Of a stretch of 64,000 nt of DNA, positions 37,034-48,516 are shown one piece after another (within the stretch, counting starts at the first letter, position 1; every line of letters begins with the position of its first letter). The DNA is taken from the NCBI GenBank assembly GCA_965240325.2, contig OZ251224.1, forward strand, positions 1,612,001-1,676,000, written 5' to 3'. Under the pieces are notes generated by a model. It was given only the letters and a program-made list of their open reading frames with translations. It did not search any database and was not told where the DNA came from. The position numbers were made by a program, and so were the translations under genes. The stretch is from Rebecca billardiae RCC1528. Taxonomy: Eukaryota > Protista > Haptophyta.

Positions 37034-37140
37034 ATTATGGCGCACGGCCCCCCCCCGAAAGGTCTGAGCGTGAGCGAAAGCCGGGGGGGGGGCGGCGCAC
37101 GTGCTCCGCAAAATCAAAAAGAGGATGCGCGCAGGATTTT
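37034..37140 (+). repeat. Structured ~110-bp dispersed repeat, copy 1
   Basis: Near-identical to 49718-49829. Confidence 0.9.
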
Positions 37141-38351
37141 GGGGTTTTGTGGGTGGCCTTACCGTACGTATGAGTGGATTTCGCTGCCAATGATTGCGTT
37201 TGTAGTAGATGCTAATTTTAACGATAGTAACACTTAGGGGAATGCCGGGTGGAATAGCACATAACACCAGCCGTGTGTTCGAACATTCCGTCATAGTAAG
37301 ATGCTTGAATTGTAAGAGCCTGAAACAGCTCGCCAACCATAGAAGAGAGGTTGAGTCAGATTTTATGTCGCTTGAAGTAAAGAATTATTATGCCGGCATC
37401 TGAAGTCATGATTCATGAACCGTCGCTTCTCAGTGGCGGATATCATCAGGTTAAGGCCGTTAACTCGTTAAGCCCCTTGTTAAAAGCCCCTTGATTACCC
37501 TTGATTCATACACGGGTAATATCTTTTAAAGCCGGAAGGCGCTCAAAATACCCAAGTGGGTGCGCACTGGGTGCCGGGTGGCCCGCGAAGTAAAGTACAG
37601 TTTACTATTATTAACGTGCACACTTGGTTAACATTTTATCGGTGACTAGATGAATCAAGAGATCTTCAACTGAAACGTGATTTGGACGTCGAAGAGGCAC
37701 GCACGGCCCAAGGCCGAAGAGGCACGGCTCGTTGCTTGCGGTTGGCAATGCGGGGTGCTGCACTGCACAGGCGCGGTGCGACGGGGAGCATTCCTTCTCC
37801 CGGGCGGCCACCACGGCCTCGGAGGTGGTGAGGAACGCGTCGGCGACCACGGCGTGGACCACCTCCGTCGCGCCGGACACCCCGGTCGCCCCTCACCGGA
37901 CTCCACCCTCGCCGCGCGCTGACCGTTTGCCGGTCGAGCCGTGCTTGCTGTGCTGCCTGCGCGGCCCGGCGCGTGCCCCCGCGTGGTGCCACAAGGCGGG
38001 TGCAGACGTGGCGGCGCGGTGGTGCGTGCGATCGGGGGACCCCACCTGAACTACGACACGGCTGCGCGCGCTCATCCGTGCTCATCACGGTGGTGGACGC
38101 GCGACTCGACGCGCGCATCGAGCGCGGCAGGCCGGCACGGCTCGGCTCGGCAGCCTGCTCGAGGCGCGAAGGCGCGCACCGCGCGCTGCCCGTGGGCGCG
38201 ACGAGATGGTGCATCATCGCGCTACTTGCCATCTTCCTCTCGCCACGCCTTCGACACGATGGCTGCGACTGCTGCTCGGAGGCGCGCTCCGGGGGGCTCA
38301 CGCACGCGTTCAGAATTCGAGCTCGGCGGTGACCGCGTGGACGAGGGGCAG

Positions 38352-38820
38352 CGCGGTGCACGGTGGCGGAGCGCGTGCGGAGCGCAGCCTACACCTACTA
38401 CACGCTCCATCCAGACACATCGCGCATGCTCGCGCGACCTCCTCGGTCCATCACGCGCGCGTGCGCGCGCGAGCAGGTTTCAGCAGCTGCCGGGCGCGAG
38501 CGAGCACGGCGCGCCGCGTTGGCGCGCGCGCACCGATACCCGTGCGCAGCTCGACGAGCGAGCGCGGTGTGTTTCGACGCGTATGGAGAGACGCGGTGCA
38601 TCGGGGTGGAGCGCGTGCGGAGCGCAGCCTACACCTACTACACGCTCCATCCAGACACATCGCGCATGCTCGCGCGACCTCCTCGGTCCATCACGCGCCC
38701 GTGCGCGCGCGACGGCAGGTGTGCACTCAGTGCAGCCGCCGGGCGCGAGCACGGCGCGCCGCGTTGGCGCGCGCGCACCGATACCCGTGCGCAGCTCGAC
38801 GAGCGAGCGCGGTGGGGTTC
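38352..38820. repeat. Tandem duplication, ~240-bp period
   Basis: GGAGCGCGTGCGGAGCGCAGCCTACACCTACTACACGC... at 38368 and 38608. Confidence 0.9.
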
Positions 38821-39088
38821 GATGCCGCCGACCACCTCTGGCTCGGTCGCGCTCACGAGGCTGGTCGCGGGCCTAATCGTGCCGTGTATTGGCTGCCTGC
38901 TCGGTCATTGGTGAACTCGCGACGCCGACTACAAGTACAACCGCGAGTACGGTTACACGTATTCTGGTAGGCATGCTGTGATTGTGAGTTTATGCAACTG
39001 TGATATTCTGTACATAGGGCCGTGCGCCCTCAACTTCGTTGTTCACTACCCGAAGATCGGCGTAGCCGATCATATCAATAATCGAAAT

Positions 39089-40410
39089 ATGACCGCGTTC
39101 CGCGGTCCTTTTCCGTAGAACGAACGTAGTTCAGGGCCCGCGGTGGCGGTGCACCCTCCATCGCAGTCGTCTATTGACAGACCCGGAGTTGCATGCCCGT
39201 ACAACTAGACTCCAGCGGCGCGCCGCCGCCCGCCGCGCCGGGCGCGGGCCCATCGCACTTCGCAGCCGCCGGCGCGGCGCCGATTGTGTACAGGCGGATG
39301 CGACGAGGCGTGATCGACGCATGAGCGCGACTCCACGTGCACGCCAGGCCACGCGAAGCTGACAGCCAGGGAGCACGGTGCGGGGCCGCGGATTCGTTCG
39401 GGCCGCTGCTGCTGACTGACCGCTGTGGCGCTGTCCCGCGGGTCACCGCGCACCGGCAGCGCCAGGATAGTAGATGATTTGCACTGGTCCGAGTACGGAG
39501 TAGGGTTCGACCAGCGCCTGCGCGACGGCCGACAGGCGGGCGCGAGGCGTGATCGACGCATGAGCGCAACTCTACGTGCACGCCAGGCCACGCGGAGCTG
39601 ACAGCCCGAGGGAGCACGGTGCCGAGGTCGGAGGTGCGAGCGGGCACCAGTGTCCAGTCACGGATCGTTCGCGCACGACGCCGCGCGTGCACGGGCTGAC
39701 ACACCTCGATCAGGCTCGGCACGCGAAGTTGCAGAGGCACAGCCAGCTCTGGGGACGTCACGCACCACCGTCGCCCGCGCAGCTCGTCCTCCTCGTAGAG
39801 TACCGTTCAGTTCCGAGGCGTAGCCCTCGCTCAGAGTCGACCGTCGACGATGGACTCGGATCGTCGGCGCTCCCCGGAAAGGCATGGCAAGGGCGGCGCG
39901 TGGTGAAGTCGAAGACTCAGAGATCGATCAGTCCGGCATCAGGCGCCGCTGCCCCCGAGCTTGCGAGAGCCCGAATACAGGGCGGCTGCCGCGGCGCGGC
40001 CGCCGGGCGCCCCGGCGACCGGGCGCGCGGCCGCGCGCAGGCATCGACACGGGGCGGCGGGGGCGCGCGGAGTGAGCGGGCCGCGGGGGCACGAACGCGA
40101 TGTCGACGGCAGTCGGGACCCGCCGCAGCCGCGCGCTCCAGGCGCCACTCGCCGCGCGCACCTGCCCATCGCCGTCCTCACCCGTCGGTCGCTCGTGGCT
40201 GGCGCCTCCTGAGCTCCTGTCGCCGCAGCCGCGGCGTGCAAACGCGGGCCGCACACGCCGCGCGCCGCGCCCCCTCCGGCTCCGACTATACGGATAGCAG
40301 CTCGGCGGGTATTTTCAATCTCTCGCACTATTGGAGTTGGTTGGACGATTATGTCAACGGTCGTTCTTGGCATCTTGCAGCGGCGAGGCCATATTATTTT
40401 ACTATGGTCA
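39089..40410. mobile_element. Hairpin-ended element without TSD, copy 1 (ATGACCGCG...TTTACTATGGTCA)
   Basis: Both ends shared with 62542-63992; internal ~80-bp direct repeat near 39300 and 39540. Confidence 0.7.
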
Positions 40411-41201
40411 CACTACATTAAGGAGAGTATACCCACAATTACCCTGCCTCGCACAGTTGGGCGCGGGTTTCGTTGATTCCTCTGTTCACTATTCAAGACG
40501 GCGGACGCGCCCTTTTTCGACGAGGATGCACCTGTAAGGGAGTCTCAAAATTCGAAACTCGGTCTCCTCCAGCCCTGAAAATCGTCCCCCGTCCCTTTTT
40601 TCTTTGATCAAAGATCTTTTTGAAACGTGGTTCGGGCCCGCTGGTGCGGGCTCCACGCTGCGCGCTCCGCCCTGCACCGCGGGCCATTAATACTCATCCG
40701 CATTGGCGAAAAGTTATTCTGCTCATCTTTTACTCTTTATTCAAATTCGTCTTAAACTTAAATAAGAAGAAGATCAGGTCATGGCCATATGGGTCGGACT
40801 CGGAGCGGACTCGCCTGACAGCGACACTTCAGAGATCAAGAGTGTGCAGCCCTCCTGGCTCAGCGGCAAGCCTGTGTGACACGGTCAGTCATGGGTGCTG
40901 CACGTGGGGAGACGCTGCCGCGTGTGTCCGGGCCAAGCCTTGGACACGGCATGTCACAGCAGCTCTCGCCATCGATCACGGGGCACAGCCTGGGCTCTCG
41001 GGAGCTTCTGGCCTTCTGCGCTGGTGACGCGCCCAGCGAGCGATGCATGGGAGTGGAGACTGGGAAAATGCTCAGATGGGATGGGATGGGAACATGGGCA
41101 TGCCGAGACATGGAATGCGCTTGTGCAGACATGCGCGCTTCACCGCTCTGTGAGCAGTCGTGTGCGCGGCTCGCGCCCGGCGACGCGCGGGCGGGCCCCA
41201 C

Positions 41202-42387
41202 TCAGCGCGGTGCGGCGCCATCGTCGTCGATCTCGCGCAGGATCTCGTCCAGATCGCAGACCACGTCCCACGGGCACTCCTCATCGCCGCTCGCGCACGC
41301 GGCGGCTGCGGCGCGCGCGGCCTCGACCTCCTCGATCATCTCGGCCTCGCGCCCGTCGACACGCGTGAACGTGATGAGACTCCCCATCGGCGCCCACAGG
41401 AACCCAAACATGTCGACGTCCATCAGGAAGAACTCTGCGCGCGCCGTCGTGGGCGACGCGGCGCGGCACACACACAAGGCAGTCAGGAGCCGAGGAGGAT
41501 GTGAGCACGCGTGCGGCAGGCTGGGGCGTGGTGGCGGGCGACGGAGCGCGAGCGCGCGGGCGCGCACCACCGTCGACGTACTGCGGGTGCTGGAAGCCCT
41601 TCGCCGCGATCCGCCCCTGTCCGGGGAAGCGCAGCACCTCCCGCTCGTGCAGCGCGTCGCTGCTGTCGCCCACAGTGCGCACCACCTGCGCGGAGCACGC
41701 GCCGTGCGCCCAGGCGCGCGCGCACGCGGTGAGGTTCGGTGCAGGGCGGCGCGAGGGTGCGTGCGCGCCACAGACGCATGCGCGTTTGCCCACTCGCACG
41801 CCGCACACCTTGCGCAGGGGCGACGTGGACGGCTTGCTTAGCAGCTCGGCGTGGAAGGTTACCTCGCCCCTCGGCACGTGGTCATCGCCCGTCACTTTGG
41901 TCGCGATGAGCATGTCGCTCTGGCCGGCGGCGTAGCGGATGCGAATGGTCTCCTCGCCATGGTGCGGGTACAGGCCGCGCCAGAGACCCGCCAGCTGGTA
42001 CTGTGGCAGGTGCCGCTTCACCCGAAGCGTCTCGTCACGCAGCCGCGCGGCTTCCCGGTAATCCTCGAGCTCGGCCGCCTCGCGCAGTGCCTCCCACAGC
42101 TCGGCCAGCCGGCGCTGGGGGTCGCGCGCAGAGAGCGCCTGGATGCGATCGTTCAGCCTCGCTGCCCGCACGTACTCCTCGCGGTTGACCGCGTCGCTCA
42201 GCTGGCGCTCGAGCTCGCCGAGCTGTGCGCGCAGGGCAGTCAGCTCGGGCCCCGGAGCAAACGGTGCCGGCGAGGCCGGCGGCTGCGTCGATCGCAGGGC
42301 GGAGGTGCGGGAGGACGGCAGGGGAGCACGAAGGCTCAAGCTCGCCTCCACCAGCAGGCACGTGCCTAGCAGCCCCCGTGCGCGCAT
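41202..42387 (-). CDS. Plastid-type protein with 2 UVR helices + EXECUTER/DUF3506-like domain; exons 42387-41809, 41685-41568, 41434-41202
   Basis: AVNREEYVRAARLND, AAELEDYREAARLRD, LAGLWRGLYPHHGEE, ATKVTGDDHVPRGEVTF, GQGRIAAKGFQHPQYVDGE. Confidence 0.85.
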
Positions 42388-42507
42388 GGCAACGGGTAGG
42401 CCCGCGCGCGGACGACCGGGCGAGCCGCAAGCCAGGCCTGACCGTGAGTGATCTTGACGGCCTGGCGCCCAAGCGGTAGGTAGCTCTTTTACTCTTTTCG
42501 GTATTGT

Positions 42508-43494
42508 ATGTGTTTCGTCCACCGACGAGCTCGAACCAGATTGACGGAACGCTCCGAACGCAACGACGTCCCGGCGGCGAACGCGGCCATATTCTCCGCC
42601 CGAGTCGCGCGCCGACCGCGTCGGCGGCCGATCGGCCGTCGCTGCGTGTTGGTGTCCGCCGTCACCATCGCGCTTGCCGTGCTCCTCTTGATCGCGCTGA
42701 CCGCGCGGCCGCTCCTAGGCGGGCTCACGCGAGAGCCGGGCATGGCCGAGCTCACGCTGGTGGCCGTCACGTTCTTCCGCGACACCAGTGAGCCCCGCTT
42801 CCGGCTGACGGCGCGCACGTGCCACGACGCGGCGTCCCGTGGCGTGCAAATGGTCGTGATCGACGCCTCCGATCCCGCCATCACAGACGAGCTCCGCACC
42901 ACCGGCGTCCACGTCGTGCGACAGCAGGCAGCGGGCAAGAAGGGCGTGGCCCTGCGCGAAGGGATCGCCGAGGCTGCGCGTATGGCAGGCAGCTCGGGGA
43001 TTATCGGCTTCTTCGAGCCCGAGAAGTTGGGGATGGTGGGGTTCATGCTGGACGCCGCCGCATACCTCCGTCAGGAGCGCCTCGACGTCGTCGTGCCACG
43101 GCGCGAGCCCGAGCTCTTTGGTCTCAAATACCCGGCTGAGCAGTTCCATCAGGAGTCGTTCACCAACCTGTACCTCGACGCGCTGGCAGCGCCGCATGGC
43201 TTCCCGCGCGGGCTAGACTGGACGTTCGGGCCAGTGCTCTTCGATGCGAGACTCGCGCACCACTGGCTCGAGTTTGATGGCCCGCTGTGGGACGCGCAGG
43301 TCATCCCCTACGTCCGCGCAGTTGTGCGGCATGGCGCACGCATCGGCAGTTTTGAGGTGCCGTACGCGCACCCAAAGCAGATGAAGCAGGAGGAAGAGGG
43401 CAAGCATCAGTGGGCGCAGAAGCGGTACGAGCAACTGCATCTTTGGGTCACCATCCTCCCTGGCGAGTTCGGCAGCAGCGCCGCCTCAAGCTGA
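42508..43494 (+). CDS. Type II membrane glycosyltransferase-like (GT-A) protein
   Basis: TM helix then MVVIDAS, KKGVALREGI, FFEPEK, DVVVPRR, YPAEQFHQE, LDWTFGP; intronless. Confidence 0.6.
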   Translation: MCFVHRRARTRLTERSERNDVPAANAAIFSARVARRPRRRPIGRRCVLVSAVTIALAVLLLIALTARPLLGGLTREPGMAELTLVAVTFFRDTSEPRFRLTARTCHDAASRGVQMVVIDASDPAITDELRTTGVHVVRQQAAGKKGVALREGIAEAARMAGSSGIIGFFEPEKLGMVGFMLDAAAYLRQERLDVVVPRREPELFGLKYPAEQFHQESFTNLYLDALAAPHGFPRGLDWTFGPVLFDARLAHHWLEFDGPLWDAQVIPYVRAVVRHGARIGSFEVPYAHPKQMKQEEEGKHQWAQKRYEQLHLWVTILPGEFGSSAASS

Positions 43495-43686
43495 CCAACC
43501 GGCGGCCTGGCCGATTCGGGCGATCTAGCGGGCCGCGAGTCATCGGCCGATTGTTGACCGTTGATTCTGACTCATCGTGAATCTTCACAGGCTGCTACAT
43601 GCAGTGAGGCTGCGCTGCCAGTGCTGCCTCGCAGTCTGAGTAGCGGCTAGCTTGATGTATGATGTATATATATATACTTATTCGAT

Positions 43687-44146
43687 CTATGATTGGCAAA
43701 ATTCGACAATGCAGATGCTACAGGTCAGGTAGGGCGGCGCAGGTCTCGTAGTCGTACTCTCGTCCTGACTGATTCGTCGTCGGCAGTGCCCGATCGTCCT
43801 GCTCGAAGTCGGCGTTGGTGGCAGAGCATAGCCTGACGAACCGCGATATCGAATGGCTTGAGCGCGGCCTTTAGCTGCTGGAGCGCGATCCACCTGCGCT
43901 GCGCGGCTCGCATGGACCTGCTGTGCCCCGAGCGAGGGCGAGGGTGCAGGTCCGGATGTCAGACGGCCGTCTCAGCCGCTGGGCCCTGGCCGGGCTGGCG
44001 GGTGAATGTGATCCGGCGGTGATGTAGCCTTCCCCGTGTGCCCTGCGCGGCCGCGTGCGCGCTTGCCGCTCTGCTCAGCTGGCTTGCTGGCGGCGGCTGG
44101 CGCTGCTGCGGCGTGCAGGGTACGCTTTGCCCCCGACGGCGACTGC
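43687..44146 (-). repeat. Dispersed repeat, copy B (decayed fragment of 1985-2373)
   Basis: Reverse-complement match carrying many short insertions. Confidence 0.9.
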
Positions 44147-44661
44147 TAGACTCTGCCGTGCTTCACTGTTGCTGCGTAGTGCGTGGCGCTGCGTTGCCAT
44201 CGTCAGTAGTAGTAGTAGTAGTAGGCTGCTAGGGCTACGTTAACGTAGTCGTCAGTTCACCGCAGTTAAATGTCAGTTAATAAAATAATGTACTAGCGCT
44301 TTAAGTTTATTAAGCCGCAGTCAATAATATACGACGGCGCGCCGTTTTTGTAGTAGCTCATGATAGGCGTCATTAGTCCGCCACTCCCGCCACTCATTCG
44401 CGCACCCGAGGCTTCGTTCACGTGCGGAAAATATGCCCGCCACGAAGCACGGTCAGCGGGCCGCGCGGCAGTTCCTGAATCCTGGGCCTGGCTGAGCACA
44501 GACGGCAGCACGGTCTGCAGTGGCAACCTTCGGTGATGACACTGACATCATCAGCGGACGCCGTTTAGCACGTGCCATGCCGTGGTGCAGCCCACGTGCA
44601 CGGCTGGACCCTTGACCAACCCTTTGGAAGCAGACTGGCCGACTGGGCCGCAGCCAATTGC

Positions 44662-45189
44662 TCAGCCGCTGGCACCAACGTCGGTTGCCGTCGTGATGGT
44701 GGTACCTCCCTTCGCCGCGGCAGCACTGACCTTCGCTGACCACCCGGGCTCTCGCCGAGCAGCAAAGTCATCCGAGATCCCGAGCTTCATGTTCTCGCGC
44801 TGCTCAGCCGCGATCGCCTGCGAGGACTTCACTCGCTCCATGTGCGCATTCTTATCCTCGTTCTCCTTGCGCTCGCGCTCGCGCACCAAGTTGCGGGTGG
44901 CGTCGATTGCGCGCTCGATGCGCGGGATGTCGAGCGGGTCGCGCATCACGATGGTCTCACCATCCTCCTCGAAGCCCGCGGCGAGCAGGAGATGCTTGCC
45001 GCCACGCAGAGTCCACAGCTGATCCCGCACCTTCTGGTTGGTCGTGCGCAGCGAGCGGAACTTTGGCTCGTCGGGCGACGAGACGATGTTGGTGAGGACC
45101 TTGAGGGCGAGGTTGCACCCAACGGCGAGAGGGTCCGTCCGGTTGTCGTCAAGAAGCGCGACGGCCACGTTGAGCTGCTTGTCAGCCAT
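44662..45189 (-). CDS. PUB-domain protein
   Basis: LKVLTNIVSSPDEPKFRSLRTTN..GGKHLLLAAGFEE. Confidence 0.88.
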   Translation of the reverse strand: MADKQLNVAVALLDDNRTDPLAVGCNLALKVLTNIVSSPDEPKFRSLRTTNQKVRDQLWTLRGGKHLLLAAGFEEDGETIVMRDPLDIPRIERAIDATRNLVRERERKENEDKNAHMERVKSSQAIAAEQRENMKLGISDDFAARREPGWSAKVSAAAAKGGTTITTATDVGASG

Positions 45190-45371
45190 TTGCGCCAGCG
45201 ACGGCGGTCAGCTGTGCCTCTTCGCGCGCAGGTTCCCGCACGAGATTCCGCGCACAACGGCGGCGCCCTTGTCTTTGACCTGACGAACGGTCCGCCCCGC
45301 CCCAAATGCCATCCGGTTACCGGTGATGTCATATATATATATATATATATGTCTGCTTGAGTGCTCGCCGC

Positions 45372-48300
45372 ATGAAAACTCTCACGCGCGGCAAACTCGC
45401 TGACCCGGCTACTGACGAGAAGATGGCGTCGTCCGCCGGAGCGCCCGCGGCCACCCCCCCCTCGCAGGGTCGGAAGGCACCCAAGATGGGCGGCGGCACC
45501 GCCGAGGTGGAGATTGCGGCGCTCGACGAGTCGGACGGGATGGAACGGAACACGTCGGTCAGCACCGCTGGCGAGGGCGCGCGCGCGCGTGCGCTCCGCC
45601 TGCCCAAGTTTGGGCGCGACATGCTGGACTTTTTTGAGCACCTGCGCCGCGGCACGTTTGTGTACGTGCACCGCGACGGCTCGGTCTCGCTCGGGCTCAA
45701 GCTGCTGTACGCGGCGCCCTCGCTGAGCACGCTGAGCCTCGTCGTGCTGAACAACGTGCACGTGCCGATCTTCTACGAGAAGCTTGGCGCGAAGCTGTCG
45801 TTCATCGCCTTCTTCACCGCCGTCGCGCGCTCGCTCGACGTCATCACCGACCCGGCGATGGCGTACCTGACCGACTCGTACAAGCCGGACCATCGGCTGT
45901 TCAAGGGGCGGCGACGGCCGTTCATCGCCTTCGGCTGCGTCGTCTACGCGGCGACCTTCTTTGCGCTCCTCGCGCCGCCGGGCGACCTGGGCTTTGGCGT
46001 GAATCTGTGCGCCGCCTGCCGCGCGCGCGTGCTCTCGCTCGGTGGCCGCCGTGCGCGCTCGCGCGTGCGCGCGCGCCCGCCCACGCGAGGCGCGCGCCGA
46101 ACCGCCCACGCGTGCGCGCGCGCTTCGCAGGTGGTTCGGCACGTTCTACATCCTCTTCTTCCTCGCGGCGACGGTGTGCCTCGTCCCTTACGACGCGCTC
46201 GGCCCCGAGCTCGCGGACAACTCGGACACGCGCGCCGAGATCTTCTTCACCGCGGGCATGTTCGACGCGGTCGGCACGCTGATCGCCGCTGCCGGGCCGG
46301 TCGTGATCGCGATGCTCCTCCTGGCCAACCCGGCCGCGTGCGGCTGCGCCGTCCAGTGCGTGAGCGCCGCCCCCAGCTCCGGGTGCGTCGAGCGGTGCCA
46401 GGCCGACTGCTCCACGTCTGCCGACCGCCGCGCGATGATGATGCTCGGTGGCGGCTTTGCGCTCTGGGCGCTCGGCTCCAACTTTGCGCTGGTCGCCGGC
46501 ATCACGGAGCGCCCCGCCTCGGCGAGCGCCTCGCGCCCGCCCTTCGTGCCCGCGCTGATGAGCACCGTGCGCAACAAGCCGTTCCGCATGCTGCTGCCCG
46601 CGTGGGCGTGCGACAGCGTGAACAACGGGCTGATCGCCGCCCTGCTGCCGTGGTACGTGGCGCACGTGGTGGCGCCGGAGGGCTCGTGCCCCGCCGGCGA
46701 GGAGCCGGGCTCGTTCTGGTGCAGCACGAGCACGGTGCTCGCGAGCGCGCTGCTCGCCGCGCTGATCGCCGCCGCGTGCTCCGCGCCCGTGTGGCTGATG
46801 CTGAGCAAGCGGCTGGGCAAGCACCGTGTGTGGCTCAGCTTCAACCTGCTCAACGCGGTGACCAACCTCGGCTTCATCGCGTGCGGCCGCGGCGCCACGC
46901 GCGCCACCGTCTTCGTCGCCGCGCTGAACGGGATGCCCCTCGGCGCCAAGTTCCTGAGCGAGGCTGTGCTCGCCGACATTGTCGACTACGACGAGTTCCT
47001 CAGCGGCCGCCGCTCCGAGGGCAACTACACGGTCTTCAAGTCGCTGCTGCCCAAGTTCATCGGCATCCCAACGTCGGCGATCCCGCTCACCGTGATGAAC
47101 GCGCTCGGCTTCGTGCCCTCCGTCGGCGGCCTCGCGCAGCCGCAGCCCGACGCGGTGGTGGCCTTCCTGCGCATCACCTTTGTCGTGGTGCCCGTCTTCT
47201 TTGCGCTCACCTCGTTTGCCATCAAGCTGCGCTACCCGCTCTCGGACGAGGACACGATCCGGCAGATCTCGGCGGGCATCGGCGCGCACCTGCACGGCCA
47301 GGGGTTCATCGACCCGATCTCGAAGAAGCTCGTCGAGCACTGGCAGCCGCAGGGGCGCGACGAGTGGCAGGTCTGGCTGCTCGAGTCCTTCCCGACCGTG
47401 GGCGCGATGCAGACGCTGCTCTCGCCCAACGGCGCGTTTCCGCTCAAGCGCGCGATGGCCAAGCACCTGCGCACGAGCACGATCGGGCTGATGATCGCGC
47501 TCGCCACCGCGATCGCGACGATGCCGCTGCTCGAGCAGCCGCAGGCCTCCGTCGTGCCCGTGCTCGCGACGATCGCGGTGGGCGTGGGCGTCGCAAGCGT
47601 CGTCTTCTTCCTGCTCCGCCTCAACGCTGCGCGCGCGCTCGTGCGGTACGGCTACGACCCGGAGCTGGTGCAAGTCATGCTGGCGAAGCGCACGGGCCAC
47701 TCGATGGACGAGTACAACGCGCGGTTCCGCCGCTCCGCGCACACCCGGGACCCGGCCATCGCGACGGAGGACGGCAACCGCGAGAGCATCGCGCTGCTGC
47801 GCGACGAGCTGCACGTCGTCTCGGTCAAGCTGGCGGCGCTCGCGACCGATTATGAGGGCCGGCTCGCACGGCTCGAGTCACACGTGCTCAACCGCGAGGC
47901 GCACCGCGGCCTCCCGAGCGCGCTCGGCACGCCCTCCGTGTTCGCCGACATCTCGCAGCTGAGCAAGCGCCCGAGCGCCACGGACCTGATCAGGCGCGGG
48001 AGCGGAGCGCACGAGGAGGCCGCGGCGCTCCTCGGGGCGCCCGCTGCTGCAGACGACGCGGCCGCCCTCGGCGCACTGCGCGCCAAGGGCGGCGGCGGCG
48101 CGAGCTTTGGCGCCTCGCGCGACAACCTCATCACGCCCGCGCCTCTCGGCCCCGAGCCCGCGGGCGGCCGCCCGCCGCATAGCGATGGCGTCCTGCAGAA
48201 CCAGGCGCGGCCATGGTGGGAGCACGAGGTCCATGGTGGGCCCACCTCCGACCCGGAGTCTCGGGCGCGGCGCGAGCGCAACTCCGACGGGGAGTCTCGT

Positions 48301-48516
48301 GTGCGGCGCCCGCGCAGCGGCGCCCACCCCGGGCGCCTTGCAAAGCGGTCGTGGACCTCAGTGCTCACGCTGAGCTTGCCGTCTGCAGAGCCGGACGCGG
48401 ACCAGGCTGTCCCTCCGGCACCCGCGCTTGCAGCAGTCCCGTCGGGGGCGCCGATGCTCTCGTGCGAGACGGCCAAGGACCAGATCAGTCGCGGCAGCGA
48501 CACGATGCGCGTCTGA
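45372..48516 (+). CDS. MFS GPH (MelB-like) sugar transporter with a long C-terminal extension; intron 46007-46130
   Basis: ARSLDVITDPAMAYLTD, GRRRPFI, VPYDALGPEL, NKPFR, LADIVDYDE..GRRSEGNY, RYPL. Start may be 45423. Confidence 0.9.

Noticed and set aside
37209-37403. AHNTSRV..RCLNCK as a TnpB/Fanzor zinc-ribbon remnant
   Set aside because: Only one CxxC and no RuvC DRD..AA.NI motif; too weak.
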